NCBI GenBank assembly: GCA_963695095.1
Contig: CAVOFT010000001.1
Coordinates: forward strand, 2,016,001-2,080,000
DNA length: 64,000 bases
Source: an uncultured bacterium
GTDB lineage: Bacteria; Krumholzibacteriota; Krumholzibacteriia; JACNKJ01
Direction: 5' to 3'
The notes beneath the pieces were generated by a model that was not told where the DNA came from, did not search any database, and was given only the letters and a program-made list of their open reading frames with translations. A program made the translations under genes and the position numbers. Shown piece after piece: positions 9,054-18,188 of the stretch; the stretch's first letter is position 1, and each line of letters begins with the position of its first letter.

Positions 9054-10220
9054 CTAGACTCCTTCGCTGAGGGGCTCGAGGGTCCACTCAATGTGCTGCC
9101 CGGCGGCCCAGGCCGCCAGGTGCCGTTCGGCCAGGCGCAGCAGCTCGGTGGGATCCGCCAGCGGATGTCCCGGCCAGCCCAGAGGGCTGCTGCCGCGACC
9201 CTCTCCGTCGAGGCCGGCCGCGAGGTCCCGGCCGCTGCGCAGCCGCAGGCGGGGCAGCGCAGGCGCAAAGGGCAAGTCCAGAACCCCGAAGCCCGCCTGG
9301 ATTTGCCGATGGTATTCCCACTCGGCCGGTCCGAGCACCCTGGCGGCCACGGGGAGGACCGCGTCCTGGACCAGCGGCCGCAGGGCGGCGTTCGGCGATA
9401 GCTCCGCGGGCGCTTTAGCAAGCCGCCGCGCGAGGACGGCGCCGTAGTCCTTGAGGGGCGGCAGCAGGCGCCGGCGGCTGCGCAGAAAGAAGAGCGCCCG
9501 CTCGCCGATGCCCTCGCGCAGGGGCCTCTCGCCGCCAGCCGCGCCGAGCGCCTCCCCTGCGGCATCGAGGGCGGCGGCGAAAGCGGCGCGGCGCCCGGCA
9601 TAGCGCTCGTAGAGCGGGGCGGCCGCCTTGCGCAGCGCCTCTGCCCGGGAATCGAGGACGAAGAGTCCCCAGGGCGCGAACAGCTCGCTCAGGAGCCGGG
9701 CGGCATGCGCGCCCAGGTCCTCCCCCTCGCGCGGGGCGAACGGCGCAAAGCGGCCAGCCAGGCCGCTCAGCCCCGCCAGTTCGGCGAAGGGCCCCGCGAT
9801 CTCGAGATCGCCGACGAAGCCGCCGGGCCGTTCCTGGGCCGAGGGCAGGCCGACGGCCAGGGGCGGCCGGCCCGCGCGGGCGAGGAGCTGTCCACGGGCC
9901 TCGGCGAAGTCGCTGTCGTCGGCGGCGCTCCAGAAGCAGGCGTAGACCGGTCCCTCCCCTGCCGCGCGCAACTGCGCCGCGAGGGCGATTGCCGTGGCGG
10001 CTTTTTGCAGGCTGAGCCCCAGGGGCAGCGGGAAGCAGGGCTGCTGGCCCGTCACCACGAGGCGAGCGGACCCGGCCGCCAGCTGGGCCCGCGCGGCCGC
10101 ACTGCCTCCCTGCAGGGCGGCCAGCAGGCTCTCCGGCAGCGGTCGGGCCGCGGGCAGGGGGTCGGCCGGCAGCGCTCCGGGAAGCGGCAGCGTGCGCGCG
10201 CAGCGGGCGAACTCGCTCAC
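9054..10220 (-). CDS. bshC: Bacillithiol cysteine-adding enzyme BshC (short, divergent)
   Basis: VVTGQQ, FWSAADDSDFAEA, SPNAALRPLVQDAVLP, GPAEWEY; operonic with bshA and bshB1. Confidence 0.75.
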   Translation of the reverse strand: MSEFARCARTLPLPGALPADPLPAARPLPESLLAALQGGSAAARAQLAAGSARLVVTGQQPCFPLPLGLSLQKAATAIALAAQLRAAGEGPVYACFWSAADDSDFAEARGQLLARAGRPPLAVGLPSAQERPGGFVGDLEIAGPFAELAGLSGLAGRFAPFAPREGEDLGAHAARLLSELFAPWGLFVLDSRAEALRKAAAPLYERYAGRRAAFAAALDAAGEALGAAGGERPLREGIGERALFFLRSRRRLLPPLKDYGAVLARRLAKAPAELSPNAALRPLVQDAVLPVAARVLGPAEWEYHRQIQAGFGVLDLPFAPALPRLRLRSGRDLAAGLDGEGRGSSPLGWPGHPLADPTELLRLAERHLAAWAAGQHIEWTLEPLSEGV

Positions 10221-10969
10221 AGAGCCCCCTCCTGCCGCTCCAGGAGCAGGATGAGGCGCGGGCTGGTCTCCGCGGCGAAGGGCTGGCCCCGGTAGTCGCC
10301 CCAGCGCTGGCGCTCGTCGAAGCCGAGACCGGTCAAGCCCGCGGACAGCTCGGCCGGCGTGAAGAGCCGCACGCTCTCCTCGTAGCGCAGGGGCGCCCCC
10401 TCGCCTTGCCGGGGCCGCAGCGTCACCCGCTTGACGATGCGCTCGCCCTCGATGGCTCGCTCCTCTTCCGCTACCCAGGCCTCGCTCTGCCGGCGCCCGC
10501 GGCGGACGAGGCGCTGCTCCAGATGCCGCCGATTGAAGAAGTCGAAGAATAGCCAGCCGCCCGGCCGCAGCACGCGCGCCAGCTCGGCCAGCACCTGCCA
10601 GTTCTCGGCGTCCTCGCGGAAGTAACCGAAGGAGGTGAACATGCTCAGCGCGCCGTCGAAGCAGCCCGCCCGGAAGGGCAGCTGCCGCATGTCGCCGCGC
10701 ACGAGTGAGAGACCCGGCCGCAGGCGTCCCCGAGCCGCGGCCAGCAGGGCCGGGGAGAGGTCCAGGCCGACGGCCCGCTGGCCTCGCCGCCCCAGGCCGG
10801 CGAGGTGTCGCCCCCCACCGCAAGCCAGATCCAACAGGCGCTGGCCCGTCGCCAGGCGCCCGCTGCGCTCCAGGAGCGCCAGTGCGAGTTCGGCTTCCCG
10901 CTCGTTGCGGTGCGCGTACAGCTCGAGGTAGTGCTCGCCGAAACCATCCACGTACCAGGGCTTAGGCAA
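10217..10969 (-). CDS. Class I SAM-dependent methyltransferase (candidate bacillithiol N-methyltransferase)
   Basis: WYVDGFGEHYLELYAHR, LDLACGGGRH, GDMRQLPF, MFTSFGYF, ESVRLF; TTG start inferred. Confidence 0.85.
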   Translation of the reverse strand: MPKPWYVDGFGEHYLELYAHRNEREAELALALLERSGRLATGQRLLDLACGGGRHLAGLGRRGQRAVGLDLSPALLAAARGRLRPGLSLVRGDMRQLPFRAGCFDGALSMFTSFGYFREDAENWQVLAELARVLRPGGWLFFDFFNRRHLEQRLVRRGRRQSEAWVAEEERAIEGERIVKRVTLRPRQGEGAPLRYEESVRLFTPAELSAGLTGLGFDERQRWGDYRGQPFAAETSPRLILLLERQEGAL

Positions 10970-11795
10970 GCTCGCCTCCCGGCCAGAGCAGGGCCGACAG
11001 ATAGCCCACCACCTGCTGCCGGTCACCGCTCGCCGCCGAGGAATCTCGCCGATCGAGCAGCTCGACGCGGCCGCCCCGCCGCGCTCGCTCCGCCAGCAGC
11101 AGCCGCAGTGGCTCCGCCCCGCAGGCCTCGCTGCGCCCGCTGGCGAGGGCCGCGCCGAGGGCCTCGCCGTCGCCGGCTGCGATGAGGCGGGCGGTCTCGG
11201 CGTCGAGCCCTGCGGCCTCGGCGCCGCTGTGGTAATGAGAGAGATCGCTGGTCACCAGCCAGAAATCCTCCGGCGCCGTCAGCGCCGCCAGGCGCTCGCC
11301 CGCGGCGCCGCGCTCGGCGGCACTGCAGTGGCCAACCAGGATGGGCAGCAGGCGCAGCCCCGGCAGGCAACGCTGCAGGAAGGGCAGCTGCACTTCCAGC
11401 GCATGCTCGCGGGCCAGGGCGGCCTCGGCCAGGGCGAAGGGCGCTCCGCCCGCGAGCAGGGCATCCACGGCGGCGAGATCCACGGGCAGGCTCCCCAGCG
11501 GCGTCTCCCAGCTCGCTTCGCGCGAGAGCCCGAGTCCGGACAGAGCCAGGTGGTGATTGGGTCCCAGCAGCAGGACGCGCCCCAGCGGCAGACCGGCGAG
11601 GCGGGCATAGACGGCGGCGGCGCAGGCCCCGGAGTAAACGTAGCCCGCGTGCGGCACCAGCGCGCCCCAGGGTGCGGCGCCCCCCGCCGGCCCCGGCCAG
11701 GCGGCCAGGAGCGCATCCACTGCGGCGCCCAGCCGGCCCGGATCGCCGGGATAGAATTGCCCCGCCCAGGCCGCGGCTCTAGCCAAAGTGCTCAC
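10962..11795 (-). CDS. amrB: AmmeMemoRadiSam system protein B (MEMO1 family)
   Basis: AGQFYP, PHAGYVYSG, GPNH, EHALEVQLPFL, SDLSHY, EACG, VVGY. Confidence 0.92.
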   Translation of the reverse strand: MSTLARAAAWAGQFYPGDPGRLGAAVDALLAAWPGPAGGAAPWGALVPHAGYVYSGACAAAVYARLAGLPLGRVLLLGPNHHLALSGLGLSREASWETPLGSLPVDLAAVDALLAGGAPFALAEAALAREHALEVQLPFLQRCLPGLRLLPILVGHCSAAERGAAGERLAALTAPEDFWLVTSDLSHYHSGAEAAGLDAETARLIAAGDGEALGAALASGRSEACGAEPLRLLLAERARRGGRVELLDRRDSSAASGDRQQVVGYLSALLWPGGELA

Positions 11796-13368
11796 CTCGC
11801 GTGAGAAGGGTCGGGCGCAACCACTCGGGGCGCGGCTGGGGATGATCCAGCGTGTAGTGCAGGCCGCGGCTCTCCTTGCGCGACCGTGCGGAGCGGATGA
11901 TCAGCTGGGCGACGAGGGCGATGTTGCGCAGCTCGATCAGCTCCGCCGAGATCCGGTAGCGCCAGTAGAAGCTCTCGACGGTGTCCCGCACGTGGCGGAT
12001 GCGCTCCTCTGCCAGGGTCAGCCGTTCGTCGCTGCGCACGATCCCGACGTAGTCCATCATGATGCGGCGCACGAGATCCCAGTCGTGCTCGAGCACCACC
12101 GATTCGCGGTAGTCGCGGCCCTCGGGCGCGCTCCAGGCTTTCAATTCGGGCTGCGGCTCCGCGATCGGCGCCGCGGCCGCGAGCGCTTCCCAGGCCCAGT
12201 GCGCCCAGGTCAGCGCCTCGAGCAGGGAATTGCTGGCCAGGCGATTGGCCCCGTGCACCCCGGTGCAGCTCACCTCCCCGGCGGCGAGCAGGCCATCCAG
12301 GGAGGTGGCGCCGGCAAGGTCCACCCGGACGCCGCCGCAGGCGTAGTGCGCCGCGGGCACCACCGGCACGAGCTGACTGCGCGGGTCGATGCCCACGCTG
12401 TGCAGGGCTTCGCAGATGGCGGGGAAACGCGTGGGGATGCGCTCGCGACCGATGGGCGCGAAGTCCAGCCACATGTGCTTCTCGCCGCGGATCTTCATCT
12501 CGTGGTCGATGGCCCGGGCGACGATGTCCCGCGGCGCGAGATCCCGCCGCGGATCGTAGCGCTCCATGAAGGCCTCGCCGGCGCCGTTGCGCAGGAGGGC
12601 GCCCTCGCCGCGCACGGCCTCGCTGATGAGCTGCGTCCGGAGCCGCGCATGGTACAGGCAGGTGGGGTGGAACTGGATGAACTCGAGGTTCGCCACCTCC
12701 GCTCCCGCCCGGTAGGCCATGGCCAGGCCGTCGCCGGTGGCGATGTCGGGATTGCTCGTGTAGGCGTAGACCTTGCCCAGCCCGCCGGTGGCCAGCAGGG
12801 TCCAGCGGGCGGAAATCGCCAGCACCTCGCCGCTGGCCGCGTCCAGAACGTAGGCGCCGTAGACCCGGCGCTCCCGGCCCGAACCGCGCAGGTGCTGCGC
12901 CAGAGCCAGGTTGACTGCTAGATGATTCTCCATCAAGGTGATATTCGGTTCAGCTACAGCCCTTTCGAGGAGCACGCGCTCCAGCTCCCGGCCCGTGTAG
13001 TCGGCCACGTGGACGATGCGGCGCTGGCTGTGGCCGCCCTCGCGGCCCAGAGCGAGCCCCTGCCCCTCCCGGCTGAAGGCGACCCCCCAGTCCAGGAGCT
13101 CGCGCACCCGCTCGGGCCCGGCGGCCACCATGCGCTCCACGCGCTCCCGATCGCAGAGGCCGGCCCCAGCCTCCAGGGTATCGGCGACATGGGTCTGGAA
13201 ATCGTCCGTGGGCGAGAAGACCGAGGCAATGCCGCCCTGGGCCCAGCGAGTGTTGCTCTCGGCTGCCGCCTTCTTCGTGACCAGGACGACCCGACCCAGG
13301 CGCGCCGCCTTGATGGCGAAGCTGAGCCCGGCGATCCCGCTGCCGATGACCAGGAAGTCCGTGCGCAT
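11779..13368 (-). CDS. nadB: L-aspartate oxidase
   Basis: GSGIAGL, AQGGIA, EGGHSQRRI, QFHPT, GVHGANRLASNSLLE, ESRGLH. Confidence 0.96.
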   Translation of the reverse strand: MRTDFLVIGSGIAGLSFAIKAARLGRVVLVTKKAAAESNTRWAQGGIASVFSPTDDFQTHVADTLEAGAGLCDRERVERMVAAGPERVRELLDWGVAFSREGQGLALGREGGHSQRRIVHVADYTGRELERVLLERAVAEPNITLMENHLAVNLALAQHLRGSGRERRVYGAYVLDAASGEVLAISARWTLLATGGLGKVYAYTSNPDIATGDGLAMAYRAGAEVANLEFIQFHPTCLYHARLRTQLISEAVRGEGALLRNGAGEAFMERYDPRRDLAPRDIVARAIDHEMKIRGEKHMWLDFAPIGRERIPTRFPAICEALHSVGIDPRSQLVPVVPAAHYACGGVRVDLAGATSLDGLLAAGEVSCTGVHGANRLASNSLLEALTWAHWAWEALAAAAPIAEPQPELKAWSAPEGRDYRESVVLEHDWDLVRRIMMDYVGIVRSDERLTLAEERIRHVRDTVESFYWRYRISAELIELRNIALVAQLIIRSARSRKESRGLHYTLDHPQPRPEWLRPTLLTRGEHFG

Positions 13369-13419
13369 GCTCCCCTTGGCGCCGGGCCCCGGCCGGGGGC
13401 TCCCGCGGCGCGCTGGGCC

Positions 13420-13448
13420 AGTCTACGCCAGGGCCGGCCGGCGTGCAA
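13420..13448 (-). promoter_or_regulatory. Putative sigma-70 promoter for the nadB-bsh cluster
   Basis: Minus strand TTGCAC-17 nt-TAGACT about 50 nt upstream of the nadB ATG. Confidence 0.5.
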
Positions 13449-13592
13449 ACTGAGCCTCGCCGGGCAGCCTGCTCCCGGGCCGCCGCGCCCAGCGCGGCCG
13501 GCCCGCCTCGGCGTCGGGGTGTAGCGAAGGCGAGGCCTTGCCCGTCCTGCCCCAGGCTTCCCCAGGATTCCCCCCCGCGACTTCCTTGGCAA

Positions 13593-13608
13593 TGGCACAG
13601 CCATTGCA
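13593..13608 (+). promoter_or_regulatory. Sigma-54 (-24/-12) promoter
   Basis: TGGCACAGCCATTGCA matches TGGCAC-N5-TTGCA with exact GG-N10-GC spacing, 38 nt before the ATG at 13647. Confidence 0.7.
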
Positions 13609-13646
13609 GTCCCGGGAAGGAAATCCCTGCGCCACAGGAGGTCAGC

Positions 13647-14255
13647 ATGCGCAGCAGCGCCGCCTTCATTCTGATCGCCGCCGCCGGGCTGGGGCTCGCC
13701 CTCAGCGGGGGCTGCGGCAGCAATACCATCGACGGGCACACTCGCCCCACCGTGCTGGCCATCAACGGCGGCGCTCCCCTGCATGCGGACGTCTTCGTCG
13801 TGGACACCACGGTGGCCGGTGGCGGCTACATCCCCGAGGAGTCGGTGGAGGTCGTCTTCAGCAATCCGCCCAGCCACCAGTTCATGGACCTCGATGCGAG
13901 CGATCCCTACGGGACCTTCATCATCGACTCCTATACGGTGCGCTTCGAGGTGCTGCACCTCCTCGATGGCGGCAATGGCAGCTTCTCCACGCCGAACCTG
14001 CCGCCGATCTCGACGCCCATCCACCTGTCCCTGCCGGTGAACAGCACGGTGACGACGGCTCTGGTCCTGGCGCCGGCCTCGCTCAAGTTCGAGCCGCCGA
14101 TCCTGGATCTCATGCCCGGCGGCACGGCGCCCAATGGCGAGGTCATCGTCCAGGCCGAGATCACCTTCACGGGGCACGAGCAGGGCTCGGACCGCGTGCA
14201 GAGCATCGACGGCGGCACGACGATCCTCTTCGCCAACTACGCCGACGAGGACTAG
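13647..14255 (+). CDS. Hypothetical lipoprotein
   Basis: AGGAGG RBS; signal peptide ending in lipobox-like LSGGC; beta-rich mature region; typical codon usage. Confidence 0.8.
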   Translation: MRSSAAFILIAAAGLGLALSGGCGSNTIDGHTRPTVLAINGGAPLHADVFVVDTTVAGGGYIPEESVEVVFSNPPSHQFMDLDASDPYGTFIIDSYTVRFEVLHLLDGGNGSFSTPNLPPISTPIHLSLPVNSTVTTALVLAPASLKFEPPILDLMPGGTAPNGEVIVQAEITFTGHEQGSDRVQSIDGGTTILFANYADED

Positions 14256-15286
14256 GCTTCGCCCAGGCGCGCCCTGAGGAAGGCCAGGGCGGCCTCGGGT
14301 TCGCAGAAACGCAGCGCCGCCCGCAGCACCTGGGGTGGCGGCCCCGGTAGATCCCAGAAGGACGCCCAGCGCTGGGCGTCCTTTTCCGTCAGCAGGAAAC
14401 GCGCGGCCGGGTAGGCGACGGCCGCCCGGGCCAGCGCGGAGCGCAGGCGGGGCGTCCAGTCGGCGTGATCGGCGAAGCGCAGCCGCGCCGCCAGCTTCAG
14501 TCCCGCGCTCTCCGCCAGGGCTTCGAAGCGCTCGGGACCGGCGATGCCGGCCGCCGTGAGATAGCCGCCGGGCCAGGGTTCCCCGGGCTCCCCGCTCCAT
14601 TCCAAGAGCCGCGGCGCCGCGGGCGCGAGGCGCAGCACCGGCGCCGGCCAGGCCACCGGCGGGGCCTGCCCCGGCGGCAGGGCGTAGGCGCCCGCGCGGG
14701 CCAGCGCGCCGGGGAATTCGCGCAGCCCGCCCGCGGGCAGCAGCGCGAAGGGGCTGAGGCGACAGTGCGGCGACAGCAGCAGCAGGTCCAGGCGCCGCGC
14801 CAGGCGGCGGTGCTGGAAGCCGTCGTCGACGAGGATGAGGTCGCAGGCGCCGGTCTCGTCCAGCCAGCGCGCGCCCTCCCACTTGCGGCGGGCGGCGACG
14901 ATGGGCAGCCCCGGCAGCCGCGCGGCAAGCAGGCGGGCTTCGTCGGGAGCCTGCTGACCGAAAGCCGGCTCCCCCCTCGTGAGCAGCCGCTGGCCGCGCG
15001 CGGCGCGACCCCAGAGGCCGGTGACGATGCCCGGGCGCCAGCCTGCAGCCGCGAGCAGTTCGGCCAGGGCGATCACCGTGGGCGTCTTGCCCGTGCCGCC
15101 GCTCTCGAGATTGCCCACGGACAGCACCGGCGCGCGGCACTGCCAGGCCCGCGCCGCCCGCCAGCTGCCGATCAGGGCCGCGGCTCCGCCGTAGAGGAGC
15201 GCCAGCGGCGCCAGGGCGCTGCGCGGGGAAGGGCCGGTCGGGCTGCGATGCCAGGGCCGGCGGTGGTCGAAGAGCTCGCCGCTCAT
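14252..15286 (-). CDS. lpxK: Tetraacyldisaccharide 4'-kinase
   Basis: [38 protein letters not shown]. Confidence 0.93.
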   Translation of the reverse strand: MSGELFDHRRPWHRSPTGPSPRSALAPLALLYGGAAALIGSWRAARAWQCRAPVLSVGNLESGGTGKTPTVIALAELLAAAGWRPGIVTGLWGRAARGQRLLTRGEPAFGQQAPDEARLLAARLPGLPIVAARRKWEGARWLDETGACDLILVDDGFQHRRLARRLDLLLLSPHCRLSPFALLPAGGLREFPGALARAGAYALPPGQAPPVAWPAPVLRLAPAAPRLLEWSGEPGEPWPGGYLTAAGIAGPERFEALAESAGLKLAARLRFADHADWTPRLRSALARAAVAYPAARFLLTEKDAQRWASFWDLPGPPPQVLRAALRFCEPEAALAFLRARLGEA

Positions 15287-16002
15287 GCCTCGGCCGCCGG
15301 GGCGATGGGCTCGCGGCCGCAGTCGCGGTCCAGGGCGTCCGTGAAGCTGGCCAGCTCCGCCTGGATGCCGCGCCGCAGCCGCTCCCGACCCTGCTCATCC
15401 AGGCCCCGCGCGACGAGACGCGGTGGCCCATAGCGCAGGCGCAGCCGCGCGCCGGGCCAGGGCAGCAGGGTGCGGTCCCAGCTGCGAAAGGCGAAGCAGG
15501 ACCGGCTCGCTACCGCCACGGGCACCAGCGGGCAACCGGACAGGGCCGCCAGCTCCAGAGCGCCGGCATGGACGTGCCCGCGCGGTCCCCGCGGGCCGTC
15601 CACGGTGAGCGCCGTGTCCAGGCCCGCTCGCGCCGCCTGCAGCAGGCGGCGCAGGCCGGCCGCGCCACCGCGGCTGCTCGAGCCGGCCGGCATCCCGAAG
15701 CCCAGGCGCCGGTTCACGGCGGCGATGAGCTGGCCATCCCGGCTGCCGCTGCGCAGCACCTGGGCGTTGCGGCCTCTGTGCGTGTAGGAGAGCATCACCA
15801 TGCGGTTGTGCCAGAAGATGTAGATGATGGCTCCGTTCGGGCTCGCGGCGCGGGCCGCCGCAAGCGCCGCGCGGTCCTCGTCCACCCGCCAGGTGGCGCC
15901 CCAGGCCCGCAGCAAGCCGGCCAGCAGCCAGGCCTGGCACTCCAGGCGCCGCCGCTGGCCGGCGGGCAGCCGATCCTCGCCGGCATCCCAGTGCGCCTTC
16001 AC
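15283..16002 (-). CDS. DUF374 / lysophospholipid acyltransferase-like protein
   Basis: FWHNR, SGSRDGQ, GSSSRGG, TVDGPRGP, SWDR..LPWP. Confidence 0.88.
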   Translation of the reverse strand: MKAHWDAGEDRLPAGQRRRLECQAWLLAGLLRAWGATWRVDEDRAALAAARAASPNGAIIYIFWHNRMVMLSYTHRGRNAQVLRSGSRDGQLIAAVNRRLGFGMPAGSSSRGGAAGLRRLLQAARAGLDTALTVDGPRGPRGHVHAGALELAALSGCPLVPVAVASRSCFAFRSWDRTLLPWPGARLRLRYGPPRLVARGLDEQGRERLRRGIQAELASFTDALDRDCGREPIAPAAEA

Positions 16003-17129
16003 GCCTGCCCCCCGAGCAGCTCCTCGGCGAGGGCCGCCACGCGCTCGCCACAGCCCGGCTCCCCGAGCAGAGCGCGCAGGCGAGCGCAGCCGGCCAGCTG
16101 GGCGCTCCGGGCAGGGCCGTCCTCCAGGAGCGGCGCCACGGCGGCCGCCAGGCGCGCCGGGCTGAGCGCGCCCTGCACCAGCTCCGGCACCAGCTGCTCG
16201 CCCGCGACGAGGTTCACGAGCGCGATCTGCTCGAGGCTCACCAGCCGGCGCGCCAGCTGGTAGTTGAGCCAGCCCGTGCGATAGACGACCGCCATGGGCA
16301 GCCCGGCCACAGCCGCTTCGAGCGTGGCCGTGCCGCTGGCCACGATGGCCGCCCCCTGCCGGGCCAGGAAGCCGGCGCTCGCCTCGCGACAGCGCCGGAC
16401 AGCGAGCGGGGCGGCCGCCAGGAGGCGGTCGTAGCAGGCGGGGGCGAGGCCCGGCGCTTCCAGCAGCTCCACCTCCAGCTCGGGGCGCGCCGCACGGAGC
16501 AGCGCCGCTGCCGCCAGCATCGGCTCCAGCAGGCGCTCCACTTCCTGGGCGCGGCTGCCGGGCAGGAGGCCCAGGCGCGCGCTGGCGGCCGCAGGGGCCA
16601 GGGGCCGGGCGCTGTCCATCAGCGGATGCCCGACGAAGCTGCCCGCCACGCCCCGCGCTGCGAACCAGGCCGCCTCGAAGGGCAGGATGAGGGCCAGGCG
16701 GTCCACGTCGCGGCGGAGCCGGGCCAGGCGCCCCTCGCCCCAGGCCCAGACCTGCGGCGCCACGAAGTAGAGCACGGGCACGCCCGCCCGCCGCGCCTTC
16801 GTCGCCAGGCGCAGGTTGAAGCCCGGAAAGTCCACGGGCAGGAAGAGGTCGATGCTGCCGCTCGCCAGCAGATCGCCCAGCGCGTTCAGGCGGCCCCGCA
16901 GCGCGGGCAGGCGCCGCAGCACCTCGGCGAAGCCCATCACCGCCAGCTCGCGATAGTCGACGAGCAGCTCCGCGCCTGCCGCCGCCATCCGCTCGCCGCC
17001 CGTGGCGAGCAGCCGCCAGTCGGGATGCCGGCGCCGGAGGGCCGCGACCACGGCGGCGCCCGCCTGATCGCCGCTGGCCTCGCCGGCGGTGATCAGGACC
17101 GTGCGCGCCGCCCGCATCTCAAGTCCCAC
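15999..17129 (-). CDS. lpxB: Lipid-A-disaccharide synthase
   Basis: AGEASGD, VMGFAEV, VDFPGFN, PQVWAW, FVGHPL, LLPGSRAQE, ASGTATLE. Confidence 0.96.
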   Translation of the reverse strand: MGLEMRAARTVLITAGEASGDQAGAAVVAALRRRHPDWRLLATGGERMAAAGAELLVDYRELAVMGFAEVLRRLPALRGRLNALGDLLASGSIDLFLPVDFPGFNLRLATKARRAGVPVLYFVAPQVWAWGEGRLARLRRDVDRLALILPFEAAWFAARGVAGSFVGHPLMDSARPLAPAAASARLGLLPGSRAQEVERLLEPMLAAAALLRAARPELEVELLEAPGLAPACYDRLLAAAPLAVRRCREASAGFLARQGAAIVASGTATLEAAVAGLPMAVVYRTGWLNYQLARRLVSLEQIALVNLVAGEQLVPELVQGALSPARLAAAVAPLLEDGPARSAQLAGCARLRALLGEPGCGERVAALAEELLGGQA

Positions 17130-18096
17130 GCTGCACGGCCTCCAGGATGCGCAGGGCCAGTCGCAGCGCCCGCAGGCCGTCCTCGCCGCTGACGGGCATT
17201 GGCTCTCCGGCGGCCAGCGCCCGCGTGAAGGCCTCCAGCTCCAGGCGCAGCGGCTCGGCCTTGATGACGGGCACCGGCACCTGCTCGACGAGCTCCTCCA
17301 GGTGCAGGGCGGCCAGGCCCTCCGGCGTGGCCATCGCGGCCGCCAGGCGCGCGGGGAAATCCGCCCGCTTGCGAATGAACTCGACGCTGCCGGCGAGCAG
17401 ATCGATGGCGAGATAGCCGTCCGGCTGGAAGATGCGCAGCTTGCGCATGCGCTCCCGGCTGATCCGGCTGGCCGTGATGTTGGCGACGCAGCCGCCGGCG
17501 AAGCGCAGCCGCGCGTTGGCGATGTCGATGCCTCCGGTCAACACCGAGCTGCCGCTGGCGTCCAGGGCGGCGACCTCCTCGCCGATCACCATGGCCAAGA
17601 GGTCGATATCGTGGATCATGAGATCGAGCACCACGGCGACCTCGGCGCCGCGGGCCACGAAGGGCGCCAGCCGGTGGCTCTCGACGAAGCCCGGACGGCG
17701 CAGGTGGGGCAGCGCGGCCAGCATGGCCGGGTTGAAGCGCTCCACGTGCCCTACCATCAGCTGGCGGCCCTGCCGCGCCGCCTCGGCAAGGATGGCCTCG
17801 GCGCCGGGCAAATCCTCGGCCAGGGGCTTCTCCACCAGCAGGTGGCAGCCGGCGGCGAGCGCGGCGACGGCCACGTCGCGGTGGGCGGGGGTCGGCACGC
17901 AGATGCTGAGGGCCTCGGCCGCCGCCGTCAGGGCGGCCAGGTCGGCGTGCACCCGGCAGCCCAGGCGTTCGGCGCAGCGGGCAGCCGCCGCCGGGTCCTG
18001 GTCGTGCACGCCCACCAGCTCCACATCCGGCAGCTCGCTGTAGATGCGCGCATGCAGGGATCCGAGATGTCCGCAGCCCACCACGCCGACTTTCAC
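17119..18096 (-). CDS. Gfo/Idh/MocA oxidoreductase (GnnA-like UDP-GlcNAc 3-dehydrogenase)
   Basis: GCGHLG, VEKP, VGHVERFNP, VVLDLMIHDID; directly upstream of lpxB; GGAGG RBS and GTG start. Confidence 0.85.
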   Translation of the reverse strand: MKVGVVGCGHLGSLHARIYSELPDVELVGVHDQDPAAAARCAERLGCRVHADLAALTAAAEALSICVPTPAHRDVAVAALAAGCHLLVEKPLAEDLPGAEAILAEAARQGRQLMVGHVERFNPAMLAALPHLRRPGFVESHRLAPFVARGAEVAVVLDLMIHDIDLLAMVIGEEVAALDASGSSVLTGGIDIANARLRFAGGCVANITASRISRERMRKLRIFQPDGYLAIDLLAGSVEFIRKRADFPARLAAAMATPEGLAALHLEELVEQVPVPVIKAEPLRLELEAFTRALAAGEPMPVSGEDGLRALRLALRILEAVQRGT

Positions 18097-18188
18097 CTTG
18101 ACCTCCCTTGACAGCCGGCGAATCTTAGTCGGCCGACGCGGGCACCGCAAGTGAACCCTGGCCGCCCATGGTCGAGGAGGTCGCCCTC

